Assembly (NCBI GenBank): GCA_937894115.1
Contig: CALBFP010000001.1
Span: forward strand, 14,245-78,244
Source: an uncultured euryarchaeote
Lineage (GTDB): Archaea > Thermoplasmatota > Poseidoniia > Poseidoniales > Poseidoniaceae
Reading direction: 5' to 3'
Length of the DNA: 64,000 bases
A program made the position numbers and the translations under genes. Shown here one piece after another: positions 30,049-40,500 of the stretch. Every line of letters starts with the position of its first letter. Position 1 is the stretch's first letter. The notes below the pieces were generated by a model that had not been told where the DNA came from, searched no databases, and saw nothing but the letters and a program-made list of their open reading frames with translations.

Positions 30049-32607
30049 ATGGGTGACCCGGTAATTGTTGAAGGCTTTGCCTCCATCGCTATTTTGCCGC
30101 TCATCCTAGCTGGCACAATCGCTCTGTTGTTTTGGCGGACCGTTGTTCCACGACAATTGCGTGGTCTGCAGGTCGCCTTCGAAACCGGGCCGAAACGGTA
30201 TGAGGTCCACACCGTAACCGAATCCTTCAACGAAGCCCGAGATCTTCTTCGAAGTCGTGGGATGCGATTTGGTGTTGCAACCTATTTGTTTGCGCTTACA
30301 GGAGCGCTGTTGTTGTTTTTCGAATACATTATTTTCGCTCAAGGCAAGAGCGATGGTTTTCACACGCCCAACATCGCACTGGCACTTATTCTCATCATTC
30401 TCCCTGCTGTGATATCCTCAGGTTCTTCGCTTGGTGCCCAGATCATAAAACCCATCGGCCATGGGAAGGCGAAATTGCAGGATTCAAGCAGCGCAAGAAA
30501 CACTGGATACATCGTACTCACCGTTTTTTGGTTCATTGGTGTTGGTTTGTTTTACTCCATTCTCAAAACGTGGGATGTTTCTTTTACGCACCGTTTAAGC
30601 GCATCCCTGCTTCTTGCGTTCTCGCCGTCCATTGTTGCTTATGGCAGGGTTATGGGCACATCATGGCAAGCACTTCGGCAATCCTCTGCCCAGATTGCAC
30701 GAGGAAATGCATCACCATTTCACAATCACAAACCAAATGCTCGACAACAGGTTATCGCTCGAATTGTTCACTTGAATACACTAGCAATGCCTCTTGTTGC
30801 AATCAATACGTTGCTGTCGCTTATCGCCATCGTCGTAGCACCAGAGTTGTTCACACACTCTCAACAGGTCGAAAACCTACCCGAATATCGGCCACAAGCA
30901 ACAATCATGGAGGAGGGCGGTATTCTCGGGTTCTTCCTCATCGAATTGTTTTCCAACATCCCTGATGAGGGACTTCGATTCCCGCTCGTCACCTCAGTCT
31001 TGATGTTCCTGCTCCTCAACGTTGCTTTGGTTGGATTCCTGTTTGTTTACGAGGTTGCAAGAATCCTATTTCTTGATGTCCAAGATGTATCCGGTCGTGG
31101 AGGTATTCGTTTGGCCGACAGTCGATTGTTAAGGGCCGAACGATCGCAACAAGCCAAGGTTCTGAACTTTTGCTTTACCGGTTTCGCAGGTCAGTCAATG
31201 CTGCTTTTGGCCCTCGCCATGATCACATTCTGGGATTCAAGCTTCCTTCCTCAAGGAGAGAGTTGCGGAACCTGGGAAAACACACTTTGCGCATATCTCG
31301 AAAAGGATGCCATGGAAGAATTAACTTGGATGCTTGCTTCTGCAGGACAGATCTGTTTTCTTCTCATTTGGCTCACCTCACTCCAAGTCGGTTCAAAACT
31401 TGATGACATTACCTTCGATGCCAGCATCAGTGGTCAGCGCCAGATGTTAACCCAAATGGAAGACATGATTTATCTCAAACAACGCCCGTTTACGGAACTC
31501 ATTGCCAAGGATGCATGGACAAAAGCCATCGAACACTATGATGAAATTTTGAATCCAACAGAGTCGTCCACGCAAGGCCTCGACTTGCTTCGAGAGACAG
31601 GAGCGAAAATGCAACTCTTTGCGGGCTTGAATCGTTGGGAAGAAGCCGAGGAGAATGCTGTTTCATTGCTTGCTTTACAAACCGGTCGAGATGCTCAAGT
31701 TGCACGATTGATTCTCGCTGCTGCAAGTTTGTGTCAACGCGACCTTCCTGAGGCAGCGCCTCGACTTGCTCTATTGAATAAAAGCGACATTGAAGCAGCA
31801 CGTTTGCATTGGTTTGCAGCCGTACTAAACCCTCGCCGAAGTGTTCCCAGCGCATCACAACCTGTTCTAAGCATCGATCCGCTCATGCGACGAAACATCG
31901 ACTTGCTGAAACGAACTGCTGAAGGCAATCCACGAGGGAACACCACATATCGCAACAAACCCGGTGACCGTCTTATGCTTCTGGGTGATTGTGCCCGAAT
32001 GCGTTTGGAGGACCGTAGTGAGGAAGCGCTATCGATGCTGGAGTCGTTCATGAAGAAACATGCACAACATGCAGACCTACCAGCCACAGAATGGACGCAA
32101 GGACGAGTGGTCGTTGCATTGTTGCATCTGGACGCAGGACGGCCGAATACTGCTGTACGAGTTGCGCGAGAATTGCGAATGAAAGAACCGCGCCACCCTC
32201 ATGTTCGCTCATTGATTCGAATTCTCAACGAATTGGGACTTCTTGATGCTATGGCAACCGAACCAACAAAAATTACCATGCTTGTTGATTCAGGAGAAGA
32301 TTGGATGCGCGACTGGCCCATTCTCCACACCGTGCACGTTTCGCCGCATTTGGGATCCACAAAATCAAGAAAGCATGCTGGCCGGGCAAACGCTTGGATT
32401 GTACATTCCAAAGACCAATCTGTTTCAAAATTCTACAAGAAGCGCAATTTGTGGAAAAAGATTCCTTACACTGGAGAAAACCAGATGCCTCATGGACTTC
32501 ATCTTCACCTCTACGGAATCATCACGACAATCGCAGGTATGCCAGTTGACCTTGGATTGCCCTGCGGAATCAATGTTGATGACCTGATGTTACGTGGTCT
32601 ATTCTAA
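30049..32607 (+). CDS. Large membrane protein: N-terminal polytopic domain of about 10 TM plus a C-terminal helical-repeat (TPR-like) domain
   Basis: 852 aa. Hydrophobic helices through about residue 450, then A/L/R-rich helical repeats. Confidence 0.55.
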   Translation: MGDPVIVEGFASIAILPLILAGTIALLFWRTVVPRQLRGLQVAFETGPKRYEVHTVTESFNEARDLLRSRGMRFGVATYLFALTGALLLFFEYIIFAQGKSDGFHTPNIALALILIILPAVISSGSSLGAQIIKPIGHGKAKLQDSSSARNTGYIVLTVFWFIGVGLFYSILKTWDVSFTHRLSASLLLAFSPSIVAYGRVMGTSWQALRQSSAQIARGNASPFHNHKPNARQQVIARIVHLNTLAMPLVAINTLLSLIAIVVAPELFTHSQQVENLPEYRPQATIMEEGGILGFFLIELFSNIPDEGLRFPLVTSVLMFLLLNVALVGFLFVYEVARILFLDVQDVSGRGGIRLADSRLLRAERSQQAKVLNFCFTGFAGQSMLLLALAMITFWDSSFLPQGESCGTWENTLCAYLEKDAMEELTWMLASAGQICFLLIWLTSLQVGSKLDDITFDASISGQRQMLTQMEDMIYLKQRPFTELIAKDAWTKAIEHYDEILNPTESSTQGLDLLRETGAKMQLFAGLNRWEEAEENAVSLLALQTGRDAQVARLILAAASLCQRDLPEAAPRLALLNKSDIEAARLHWFAAVLNPRRSVPSASQPVLSIDPLMRRNIDLLKRTAEGNPRGNTTYRNKPGDRLMLLGDCARMRLEDRSEEALSMLESFMKKHAQHADLPATEWTQGRVVVALLHLDAGRPNTAVRVARELRMKEPRHPHVRSLIRILNELGLLDAMATEPTKITMLVDSGEDWMRDWPILHTVHVSPHLGSTKSRKHAGRANAWIVHSKDQSVSKFYKKRNLWKKIPYTGENQMPHGLHLHLYGIITTIAGMPVDLGLPCGINVDDLMLRGLF

Positions 32608-34434
32608 TCAGACACGCCTGCGCAGACGCTCCATTGAAGCATCTGCTTGTCCAAGTTGGTCCAAAGCAGCCTCAATTTGACCCGCATTAAGTCGCTCTTC
32701 GGCGATGGACAATGCGGCCTCTGTTTGCTTCATATCCTCATCAGAATACGGAATGCTCGACGCATCGCACTGATTTCTCAAGACGGTCCACTCCTGTCGT
32801 ACAAAGTCGAGGAGCGCTTTTGCTTCATCCTGCTCATTTCCTAGCGCATCCAAGTCAGTGGTAAGGCGTTCAAGTAAGGTTGCAGCATGACTCCACTGAC
32901 GCTCATCGGCCGATTGTTGTACCTGTTGGAGACGATTGTTCCAATCTTCTGCGTCTTCAAGCGTTTCAAACCGCTGGATAAGTTTCTTTCGTTGACGCAG
33001 AGCACGTCGGACAATTTCCATCGCCTCCCGTTCAACCTGAATGACGCGAATGACGCCTTCAGCAAGGCCAATCGATTGACCTGTATCACCGGCTTCAAGA
33101 GCATCTTCTGCATGCTCAAGTCGTTGTTCAAGTTCCGTTGTATCAAAGCCGTCGCTTGATTTCAGCGCTTTTGCTGCATCCTTCAATACCTCGATTGCTC
33201 GCTCGCGTGCATCACCATCAGCTTGCAGTTGTATCGGAACAACACATGCCAATTCGAAGGCTTTCTTTGGGGCTTCACGTTCGAGTTGCTTCTTAGCATC
33301 GCGAATGATTTGTCTCAACCCCTCGATGTTTGCACCGGATTGACCCGTAAGCAATTCTTCAGCGACTCGTATCGATTCCTCGGCTTTTTCCCACCATGCG
33401 ACAATTTCTTGCGCTCGACGCTTCGCCTGACGAAACAAAACCTCCGCCTCTCTTAACGAGCCCAGCGTTACTTCTCGCTCCCCCATTTCGTAGGATTTTC
33501 TTGGTCGTTTTGCTAAAGGTGCCATCGCTTCAGCATCCTCAATCACCAACAGTGCTTCACGACGAACAACATCGACATCTGTAGCAAGCGAGAGCGAGCG
33601 CTCCATGTCTTCTGAAGCCTCTCGAAGAAGGCGTATTCCAAACAGAGGATCGATATGACCTTCTTGTTTTGCAGTCATTACAAGACTGCTGGCCTGATCT
33701 ACAGCAGCGCCTTGGGAGCGTAGAACCAAGAGGCGATTTTCGATTGAATCCAGTTCTTTTCGGAACATCTTTCGCTCTTCTCGCATGTCGTCACCTGCGA
33801 ACCACAAATATGCCACATGACCCAAGACAAGTATGCTCAGAAGTGGGTGCCCCCAGTCGCTCATATCATCAATCCAGGTTTGACCGGCACGGTCGCCGAT
33901 GAGCATTCCGAGGACCGTGAGCCCTCCAATACCTGTCATCATCGCTCGGAACCGCAGAACATCAATACCACCACGGAGTGTTTGCGCCGACGAGCGGTAC
34001 ATGGCCAGACCAAGCCCGGCAAACAGCAACGCAGCAAGCAAGGAGGACAAATCCGTGGAAAAGGCCCGTATGGAAAACATCGACAAAACGGGCCAAATAA
34101 TGCTGGAAGCAGCTCCAATACGCGTTCTTGCCCGAGGATCATCCAAAATTAAATCTTGAATCACAATTCCCCAAAGCAGGACAAGAACCGGCATGCCAAG
34201 TCCAGAAAGAAGACTCGCATCACCGGCAAATGCATCTTTGAGGACAGGCCAAGCCAACCAAACTGCGCCGCTTAAGCAAAAGAGAGCACAGATGGTACTC
34301 AATCGTTCGATTCTTTGAATTCTGAGCAAGCGTTCGGCTTTAATCGCCTCATCCACATCGCCCCAGAGCATGATTGTACCAGAACCGGTTTTGATGATGA
34401 ACCCACCGACTCTTTGCATACTGTTGGGCAACAA
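32608..34434 (-). CDS. Membrane-anchored protein with long coiled-coil / helical cytoplasmic domain
   Basis: 608 aa. About 6 TM in the first 200 aa, then a charged E/R/A/L-rich helical region. Convergent and abutting the previous gene with a 0-nt gap. Confidence 0.55.
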   Translation of the reverse strand: MLPNSMQRVGGFIIKTGSGTIMLWGDVDEAIKAERLLRIQRIERLSTICALFCLSGAVWLAWPVLKDAFAGDASLLSGLGMPVLVLLWGIVIQDLILDDPRARTRIGAASSIIWPVLSMFSIRAFSTDLSSLLAALLFAGLGLAMYRSSAQTLRGGIDVLRFRAMMTGIGGLTVLGMLIGDRAGQTWIDDMSDWGHPLLSILVLGHVAYLWFAGDDMREERKMFRKELDSIENRLLVLRSQGAAVDQASSLVMTAKQEGHIDPLFGIRLLREASEDMERSLSLATDVDVVRREALLVIEDAEAMAPLAKRPRKSYEMGEREVTLGSLREAEVLFRQAKRRAQEIVAWWEKAEESIRVAEELLTGQSGANIEGLRQIIRDAKKQLEREAPKKAFELACVVPIQLQADGDARERAIEVLKDAAKALKSSDGFDTTELEQRLEHAEDALEAGDTGQSIGLAEGVIRVIQVEREAMEIVRRALRQRKKLIQRFETLEDAEDWNNRLQQVQQSADERQWSHAATLLERLTTDLDALGNEQDEAKALLDFVRQEWTVLRNQCDASSIPYSDEDMKQTEAALSIAEERLNAGQIEAALDQLGQADASMERLRRRV

Positions 34435-34479
34435 TGTTCAAGGGTGTGCTTGGATGGTTGGCAACGAAGGGGACATGCC

Positions 34480-35424
34480 ATGAAAGGACTCATCACGATG
34501 GACGATTTGACCAACGAAGACATATACAACATTCTGGCAGATGCTGAGCGGCTCCTTCCCGTTGCACGAGGAGAAACCTACCTACCTCTCCTGAAGGGGA
34601 AAATTCTCGGCAATCTCTTTTTCGAACCGAGCACACGTACGAGGATGTCGTTTGAAACAGCGATGAAGCGACTTGGTGGCGATGTTGTTAATCTAGGGGA
34701 TGTCAAAACATCCTCTGTAGTCAAAGGGGAAACCTTGTTCGATACCATTCAGATGGTTGACGGATACACCGATATCATCGCTATGCGACATCCGAGACAA
34801 GGTGCTGCACGATACGCACAAGATGCAGCGGGCGTTCCGATTCTTAACGGCGGTGATGGCGCAGGTCACCACCCAACACAAACCATGCTCGACCTGTTTA
34901 CCATCCAACAATCCCATGGCTCAATCGAAGGATTGACGGTTATTCTCGCCGGTGATCTTCGTTATGGACGAACCGTCCACAGCCTGTCGCACGCTCTTGT
35001 TCGATTTGGTTGTCGTTTGATTTTTGCATCCCCCGAGTTGTTGCGTATGCCAACAGAAATCGTTGAAGATTTGCGTGAGCACGGTGCTGATGTCACAGAA
35101 ACCGAAGACCTACTCGGCAACATCAACAAAGCAGACGTCGTGTACATGACCCGAATCCAAAAAGAACGATTCGCTGATGAAGATGAATATTCGAAAGTTG
35201 CTGGCGCTTACAAGTTGCATGCAAGGGACCTCGATAATGCAAAATCCGAGATGGTCATATTGCATCCACTACCTCGTGTCGATGAAATCCATCCCAGCGT
35301 TGACCAAACCCGTCATGCTCGTTATTTCGAGCAAGCCTTCAATGGCGTGGTTGCTCGAATGGCATTGCTTTGTCGGTTGTTGGACATCGAAGTTCCCGCT
35401 TCAATCGAAGGAGGTGATGCGTGA
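34480..35424 (+). CDS. pyrB: Aspartate carbamoyltransferase catalytic subunit
   Basis: E-P-S-T-R-T-R, H-H-P-T-Q, H-P-L-P-R. The track ORF starts at an upstream TTG at 34315; the start is placed at the ATG of M-K-G-L-I-T-M-D-D-L. Confidence 0.95.
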   Translation: MKGLITMDDLTNEDIYNILADAERLLPVARGETYLPLLKGKILGNLFFEPSTRTRMSFETAMKRLGGDVVNLGDVKTSSVVKGETLFDTIQMVDGYTDIIAMRHPRQGAARYAQDAAGVPILNGGDGAGHHPTQTMLDLFTIQQSHGSIEGLTVILAGDLRYGRTVHSLSHALVRFGCRLIFASPELLRMPTEIVEDLREHGADVTETEDLLGNINKADVVYMTRIQKERFADEDEYSKVAGAYKLHARDLDNAKSEMVILHPLPRVDEIHPSVDQTRHARYFEQAFNGVVARMALLCRLLDIEVPASIEGGDA

Positions 35425-35900
35425 TGGTAGGCGAACACAACATGCGAAGGGTTACAGCCATCAAAAACGGCACTGTCATCGACCACATACCGTCCGGTCA
35501 AGCGCTTAAAGTGCTTGAATTGTTGAACCTCTCTGGAGATACTTCGGTTCCCGTTTCCCTTGTTATGAACGTACCTTCCAAGAAGATGGGGGCAAAAGAC
35601 ATCATCAAAGTTGAAGATCGTGAATTAACTCAATCTGAACTCGATCGATTGGCTTTGGTAGCTCCAGACTCCAGCATTGCCATCATTCGAGCGTATTCAG
35701 TGGCTGAGAAATTGAACGTCAATCTCGGCGAGGAGGTTCGAAACGTTGTTCGTTGCACATTCTCCAATTGCATCACCCAAAATCCTCGAGAGCCGTTGCC
35801 GCACCGACTACGAGTTGCGAAAACCGCTCCGTTAACACTGCGTTGCCATTATTGCGAGCGTCCACAAGATTTGAGCAAACTAATCCGTAATCTCATCTAA
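35424..35900 (+). CDS. pyrI: Aspartate carbamoyltransferase regulatory subunit
   Basis: A-I-K-N-G-T-V-I-D-H-I-P and a C-terminal zinc domain C-x4-C...C-x2-C. Overlaps the pyrB stop as TGATG. Confidence 0.9.
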   Translation: MVGEHNMRRVTAIKNGTVIDHIPSGQALKVLELLNLSGDTSVPVSLVMNVPSKKMGAKDIIKVEDRELTQSELDRLALVAPDSSIAIIRAYSVAEKLNVNLGEEVRNVVRCTFSNCITQNPREPLPHRLRVAKTAPLTLRCHYCERPQDLSKLIRNLI

Positions 35901-36887
35901 ATCAACGTCGAGTAAATCACGCATATCGCATGCTTTGCATGTCGCTCCGGATGTTGGTGATCCACAGCGTTCACACGTTGTCGGGTGCGATTGAATCAGA
36001 GGGGTCCCTCTGCGTGCGACCTGTTTGATGTTGTCGGACATGCGGACAAGGCTGTGTCGCGTACCAGGGACATCTTGTTCCAGCTGAGCAACGATGTCTC
36101 GATATCGCCATCGAAGTGCCCCTTGGGCGTATGGACACTCCTCATGATGGATTGGGAGTTGTTTGTGTAAAGCGAGAAGGTGAATTTCCTGCTCTGGTAT
36201 CCACCGTAAAGGAACGATTCGAGGAGGTAGTCCATTCACTGGAGCGTCTGTATGAGGGGCCAGACGAAGGGTTCGATCAATATCTCCATTGGTCATGTTC
36301 ATTAAAACGGTTTGAGCCATGTCATCCAGGTTGTGTCCAAGAGCAACGACATCGGCGTTGACTTGTTTTGCAAGGGCATTGATGCCCTGTCGGCGAAATA
36401 CGCCACAATACGAACAAGGCATTGTGGACACCCGTTCTTTCGATTCTGAAATCACAGGAAGCCGTTTTACAACATCGTCCATGTGTTTGAAATTGAGTTG
36501 TTTGTAGGTTGTGGTGATGAACTCGACACCGAGATCATCGCACAAATCAATTGCACACTGCAATGAGGGTGGACGGTAGCCGTCTATACCTTCATCAACA
36601 CAACCCGCAACGATGCGGACGTCTCTACGCATGCCAATCAAATCCACGAGAACCGTTAACAGGATTGCTGAGTCTTTACCCCCAGAGATTGCTACAAACA
36701 CAGTCGTTGGTTTCGACTTGTCGAGATACAACTGCTTTCGCAACTCTTTACCCACTTTCTTACGTATGGATTTCTCCAAATGATGTCCACACAAAATTCG
36801 GCCAGAATAGGCTTGTTCAACAACTGCATCCCTTCCGCACACATCGCAGACTGGTGCCTGAAATGGACTCTGGGTTGCCTCGGCCAT
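35880..36887 (-). CDS. ncsA: tRNA thiolation PP-loop ATPase (NcsA/TtuA/Ncs6 family)
   Basis: S-G-G-K-D-S PP-loop. N-terminal C-D-V-C...C-G-H-H and C-terminal C-E-R-C...C-K-A-C zinc fingers. Confidence 0.85.
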   Translation of the reverse strand: MAEATQSPFQAPVCDVCGRDAVVEQAYSGRILCGHHLEKSIRKKVGKELRKQLYLDKSKPTTVFVAISGGKDSAILLTVLVDLIGMRRDVRIVAGCVDEGIDGYRPPSLQCAIDLCDDLGVEFITTTYKQLNFKHMDDVVKRLPVISESKERVSTMPCSYCGVFRRQGINALAKQVNADVVALGHNLDDMAQTVLMNMTNGDIDRTLRLAPHTDAPVNGLPPRIVPLRWIPEQEIHLLALHKQLPIHHEECPYAQGALRWRYRDIVAQLEQDVPGTRHSLVRMSDNIKQVARRGTPLIQSHPTTCERCGSPTSGATCKACDMRDLLDVDLDEITD

Positions 36888-37097
36888 GTCGATTGGTCAC
36901 ATCACCTCCATTAAACGCCTCCGATTGTTGAATTAAAAAAATTAAAATTTCAATTGGATTTTTGAAAATTCAATTCAAATATTTGCAAAAATTTTCCTCT
37001 TTTCGACCGAGGAATGCGCGGAAAAGTGTAGCATATTGTTCCACCGCGTTCGCCGTTTTGAAAATTTGCAGTTGGATTTTTACTTTAGGTTGCCAAA

Positions 37098-37110
37098 TCC
37101 CCCTACGGGG
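37098..37110. promoter_or_regulatory. Palindrome CCCCC-TAC-GGGGG about 25 nt upstream of the Roadblock gene ATG
   Basis: Perfect 5-3-5 inverted repeat. Lies within an unusually AT-rich 247-nt spacer that also carries direct repeats TTTTGAAAATT at about 36958 and 37057. Confidence 0.3.
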
Positions 37111-37134
37111 GAAGAGTTTCGGGAAAGTTCTTGA

Positions 37135-37509
37135 ATGCCACGCTGTTGTCAAACGCTTTGGGCTGGCATGTCGGAGAGGTTGTTTTCTCAACTTTGCGGA
37201 CTTAACGGTGCAAACCACGTCCGATTAATCGATCAATTTGGCAGTGTTCTCAATTCCACTAAAAAATGGCCAGAAACTGCAGAGGAACAACGTCAGCAAT
37301 GGGCGTATTGTTGCTCAATCAGTGAAAAACTCGGCCTTGGTACATTGTTCGAAGCGTGGATTGAAGGCCGGCGATTAACCCTCTACGATCGTTTCGAGAA
37401 CGATCTCTATGTTCATCTTTCAGGCAAAGATGGGAAAAAAGGCGTTTGGCGATACGAATTGGAGCGCTTGCGACGAGAATGGAATTCAAAACAACCTGAG
37501 GCGATATGA
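37135..37509 (+). CDS. Roadblock/LC7 (MglB-like) domain protein
   Basis: 124 aa with pattern V-R-L-I-D-Q-F-G-S-V-L-N-S...G-L-G-T-L-F-E-A-W-I-E-G-R-R-L-T-L-Y-D-R-F-E-N-D-L-Y-V-H-L-S, consistent with the Roadblock alpha-beta fold. Stop overlaps the next gene as ATGA. Confidence 0.45.
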   Translation: MPRCCQTLWAGMSERLFSQLCGLNGANHVRLIDQFGSVLNSTKKWPETAEEQRQQWAYCCSISEKLGLGTLFEAWIEGRRLTLYDRFENDLYVHLSGKDGKKGVWRYELERLRREWNSKQPEAI

Positions 37510-40500
37510 TGTTTGATTTACCGCACATTGAACGAATTGATGATGAAATAGATGTATCACAAGGCACAATTCAGCCTTTTGATTATGGCTTCATCACAAC
37601 ATGGGTGGGGCGACGCAAAACTCCATTTGGCCATCGATTGATTCGTTCAGGTCGCATTGTTGGATGGATTTGTGAAGGTTCAAGCGTCAACAAACTGCTT
37701 GGCGGAGCTGATGCACGTGAAGCCATGGAGGAAGCGGAGAAAAATCAGCACCGTCTGATTGCTTCAAGTTGTTCTTTGCACGGATTTGCCGATTTAGCAG
37801 CGTTACTGCCTGAGGCGTTTGAGTTCCAAGCCGACACGCAAGGTCTGGGCGCGAGAAGTGCACTCAAAGACCGATTGTTTGCTCGAAATATATCAGCAGT
37901 GTTGCAAACCCTCTCGGGTTATGAGCACGTTCGAGGAGGATTGGCTGCAGATCAGGGCATCCTCATCGATAGCATGGGCGATTTGCCAGGCGAACCTGAA
38001 CATCTCGCAGCAACAGTGGCCTCCATTTCCGAAGCAATGAACGCTCAACAAGAAAACCTTGGAGGGGACGGTAACGGTTATGCATCGTTAAACATGGGTG
38101 ATGCATCTTTACTTCTTGCCTCGAGCAGTACGATTGTGCTTGCAATTTGGACCGAATTGGATGCCAATCATGCCCGTCTGTTGACCGATGTGGTTGCGAA
38201 ACTCGATGGTGAAATAGGCACCTATGAGGAAGGATCCGCTTCAATCCCTGACGGATTTGTTCTTCGCGAAGGAAAGGGAGGAGCTGATGCGGTGATGTCG
38301 ATGCTCACTGCTGCGCTCGAAGAACGGGTCACGGGGCATCTTAAGGCGGGTGTAACCGGCACCTCAGTCTCCCTTGCCCTGAACAACGGGCTCCCTGTCG
38401 CAATGGCAGCCAACGGTCAATCGTTTGAAGATGCGATGCTTGGATTGACGGACAGCAAGCGTGTGCTGAAATTGCACAGATTGGCGTCGGGTACGATGGT
38501 ATCCTCAGCCACAGGTGATGTCGAGGAATTTACAATCAAACAGTTTGTTGAAGCCCTGTCAACGGTTCGGACACGATCTGAAAAACGTCGAGATACGATG
38601 GTGCATCGGTTGATGAACATGTACGGGTTTGAGATAGGTCTGGATGATGTTCGGGCTGTTCGTTCGAAGTTGACCATACATGTTGGGGGTCAAGAGATTG
38701 CTCAAACGCTTCCAAGTGTTGCTCCATTGTCTGGGGTTGATGCTGGTTTGCGGCGCCGTTTGGAAGAATCTGAACGACGAGCAGATTCTCTTTTGCGCAC
38801 CAATGCGAGTTTGACGAACCAACTACAAGATGCAGAGAAAGAGCGCACTGAGGCGATGATTCGTCTTGATGAAATCCAGCAATCCTCCGGCCAGCAAACC
38901 GAAACCATTCAATCGAAAAACGATGAATTGAACCGGGTTCAGGTCACTGTTTCAGAATCAAGAACTCGCATGGAACAAGCAGAAGAACGTGCTGATAGGC
39001 TCTTGCGACGAGTCGGTGAGCTCGAACATCAACTCAGCGAGAGAGCGGCTGAATTGGCTAAAACACTGGGCGATACAGAAAGCAGTGAAGCCCTTCGAGA
39101 CGAGCTTGAGACACTGTCAAATCAAGAAGCGACAACACGAGCAGATTTGGAATCGAACGCAGAGAGACTGTCCTCGGTCCGTGATCAAATCGAACTTGAA
39201 GAACGACGATTGCGTTCATTGGAAGAGCAGGTTGCAACACTGCGAGAACGGCAAGCAAACGCACAATCAAAAAGCAATACTTCGGAAGAAAAAATTCGCA
39301 CTGCTCAAGCAAGGCTGGATCAAATTGAAGCTGAAACCCTCACAAGTCGAAGACGAGCGGAGGAGGAACGTCAGAGGCTTGCTGAAGACGAAGCACGCAG
39401 AATGCAACTTCATTCAGAAATGCGTGAGTTAATGGGTGAGCGAAAAGAACTGCTGACAGAGCTTGGAAATCTTGGTGCACGACGAGGTAATGCTGAAACC
39501 GAACTCTCGGGACTGATTGCGCGTGCTGAGGCCCTTACCGATGCACATGAAGAAGCGGTAGCCGATATTGCAGAGGCTGAACGGCTCCGTGCTCGACTTT
39601 CAGAAGAGCCGCTGGCGCAGGCACTGCTCAACGACGATGCAACATTCAGGGGCCTCGGACCCGTTCTGGAGCGTTTAGAACACGCTCGAACCCTCGGATA
39701 TTCTGTCGTCCTTTTGGACCGTGCTGTTGAACGGGCATTGCAGGTTGTTCAATCAACGGTTGATCATATCGCTGCAACGCCACGTCATTTGTTGAGCAGT
39801 GAAGTGATGACGCTTCTTGAGCGTCAGGTTCCACAAACAGCGGGTGCAGTACGAGGTTTGGCTCGATGGTCGGTTCAACAGCGATTGGAAAATCAGCTTG
39901 GGGAAACAGTTGGCCACCTGATTCTCGATTTGGAAGGAATTCTCGAAGATTACGACCGTTCAATTACCATGCTTCGAAGAATGCGCAATGTTTTGGATCA
40001 GTTAGGAAACCTCGGAGCGCCACCCGAAGAGATTGAGGCGCTGCGCATGAATTGCATGCGTCCTGAGGCGTTGCCAAGTGTGGCGATTGAAACGCGGCGA
40101 TTGATTCGAGTAGCCCTCGACGACATCTATCTTGAAGCCGACCAAAGGGATGCTGGTGAAGCAATTGCGCTCGAACAAACGGCTCAAGTTCTTGAGGAGT
40201 TGTTGACACAAATTGATGCCTCAGGGCTTACAAGGGGCGTTCCACGGGGAGCGATGTGGGATTTCCAACGAGACGGATTCTTGCCCTTTGAACGAACCGC
40301 GATACCCGTCGGTCAACGTATACCTGTTGCTGATGAAATGATGGAAAACATTCAGTCCTCATTGGTTGTTGAAGAACATGTTTCACTCGACGCAGAACCG
40401 ACTGTTGTCGAAACAATCGATGAATGGGAAGAGATGCCTGCTCCGAAGGAAGCCGAGCCAACACCTGCCTCATTTGAAGAAGAACATTCGACACCCATCA

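Noticed and set aside
34315-34479. N-terminal 55-aa extension of the pyrB ORF starting at TTG
   Set aside because: The extension has no similarity to ATCase and overlaps the start of the convergent upstream gene. The ATG at 34480 gives a canonical PyrB N-terminus.
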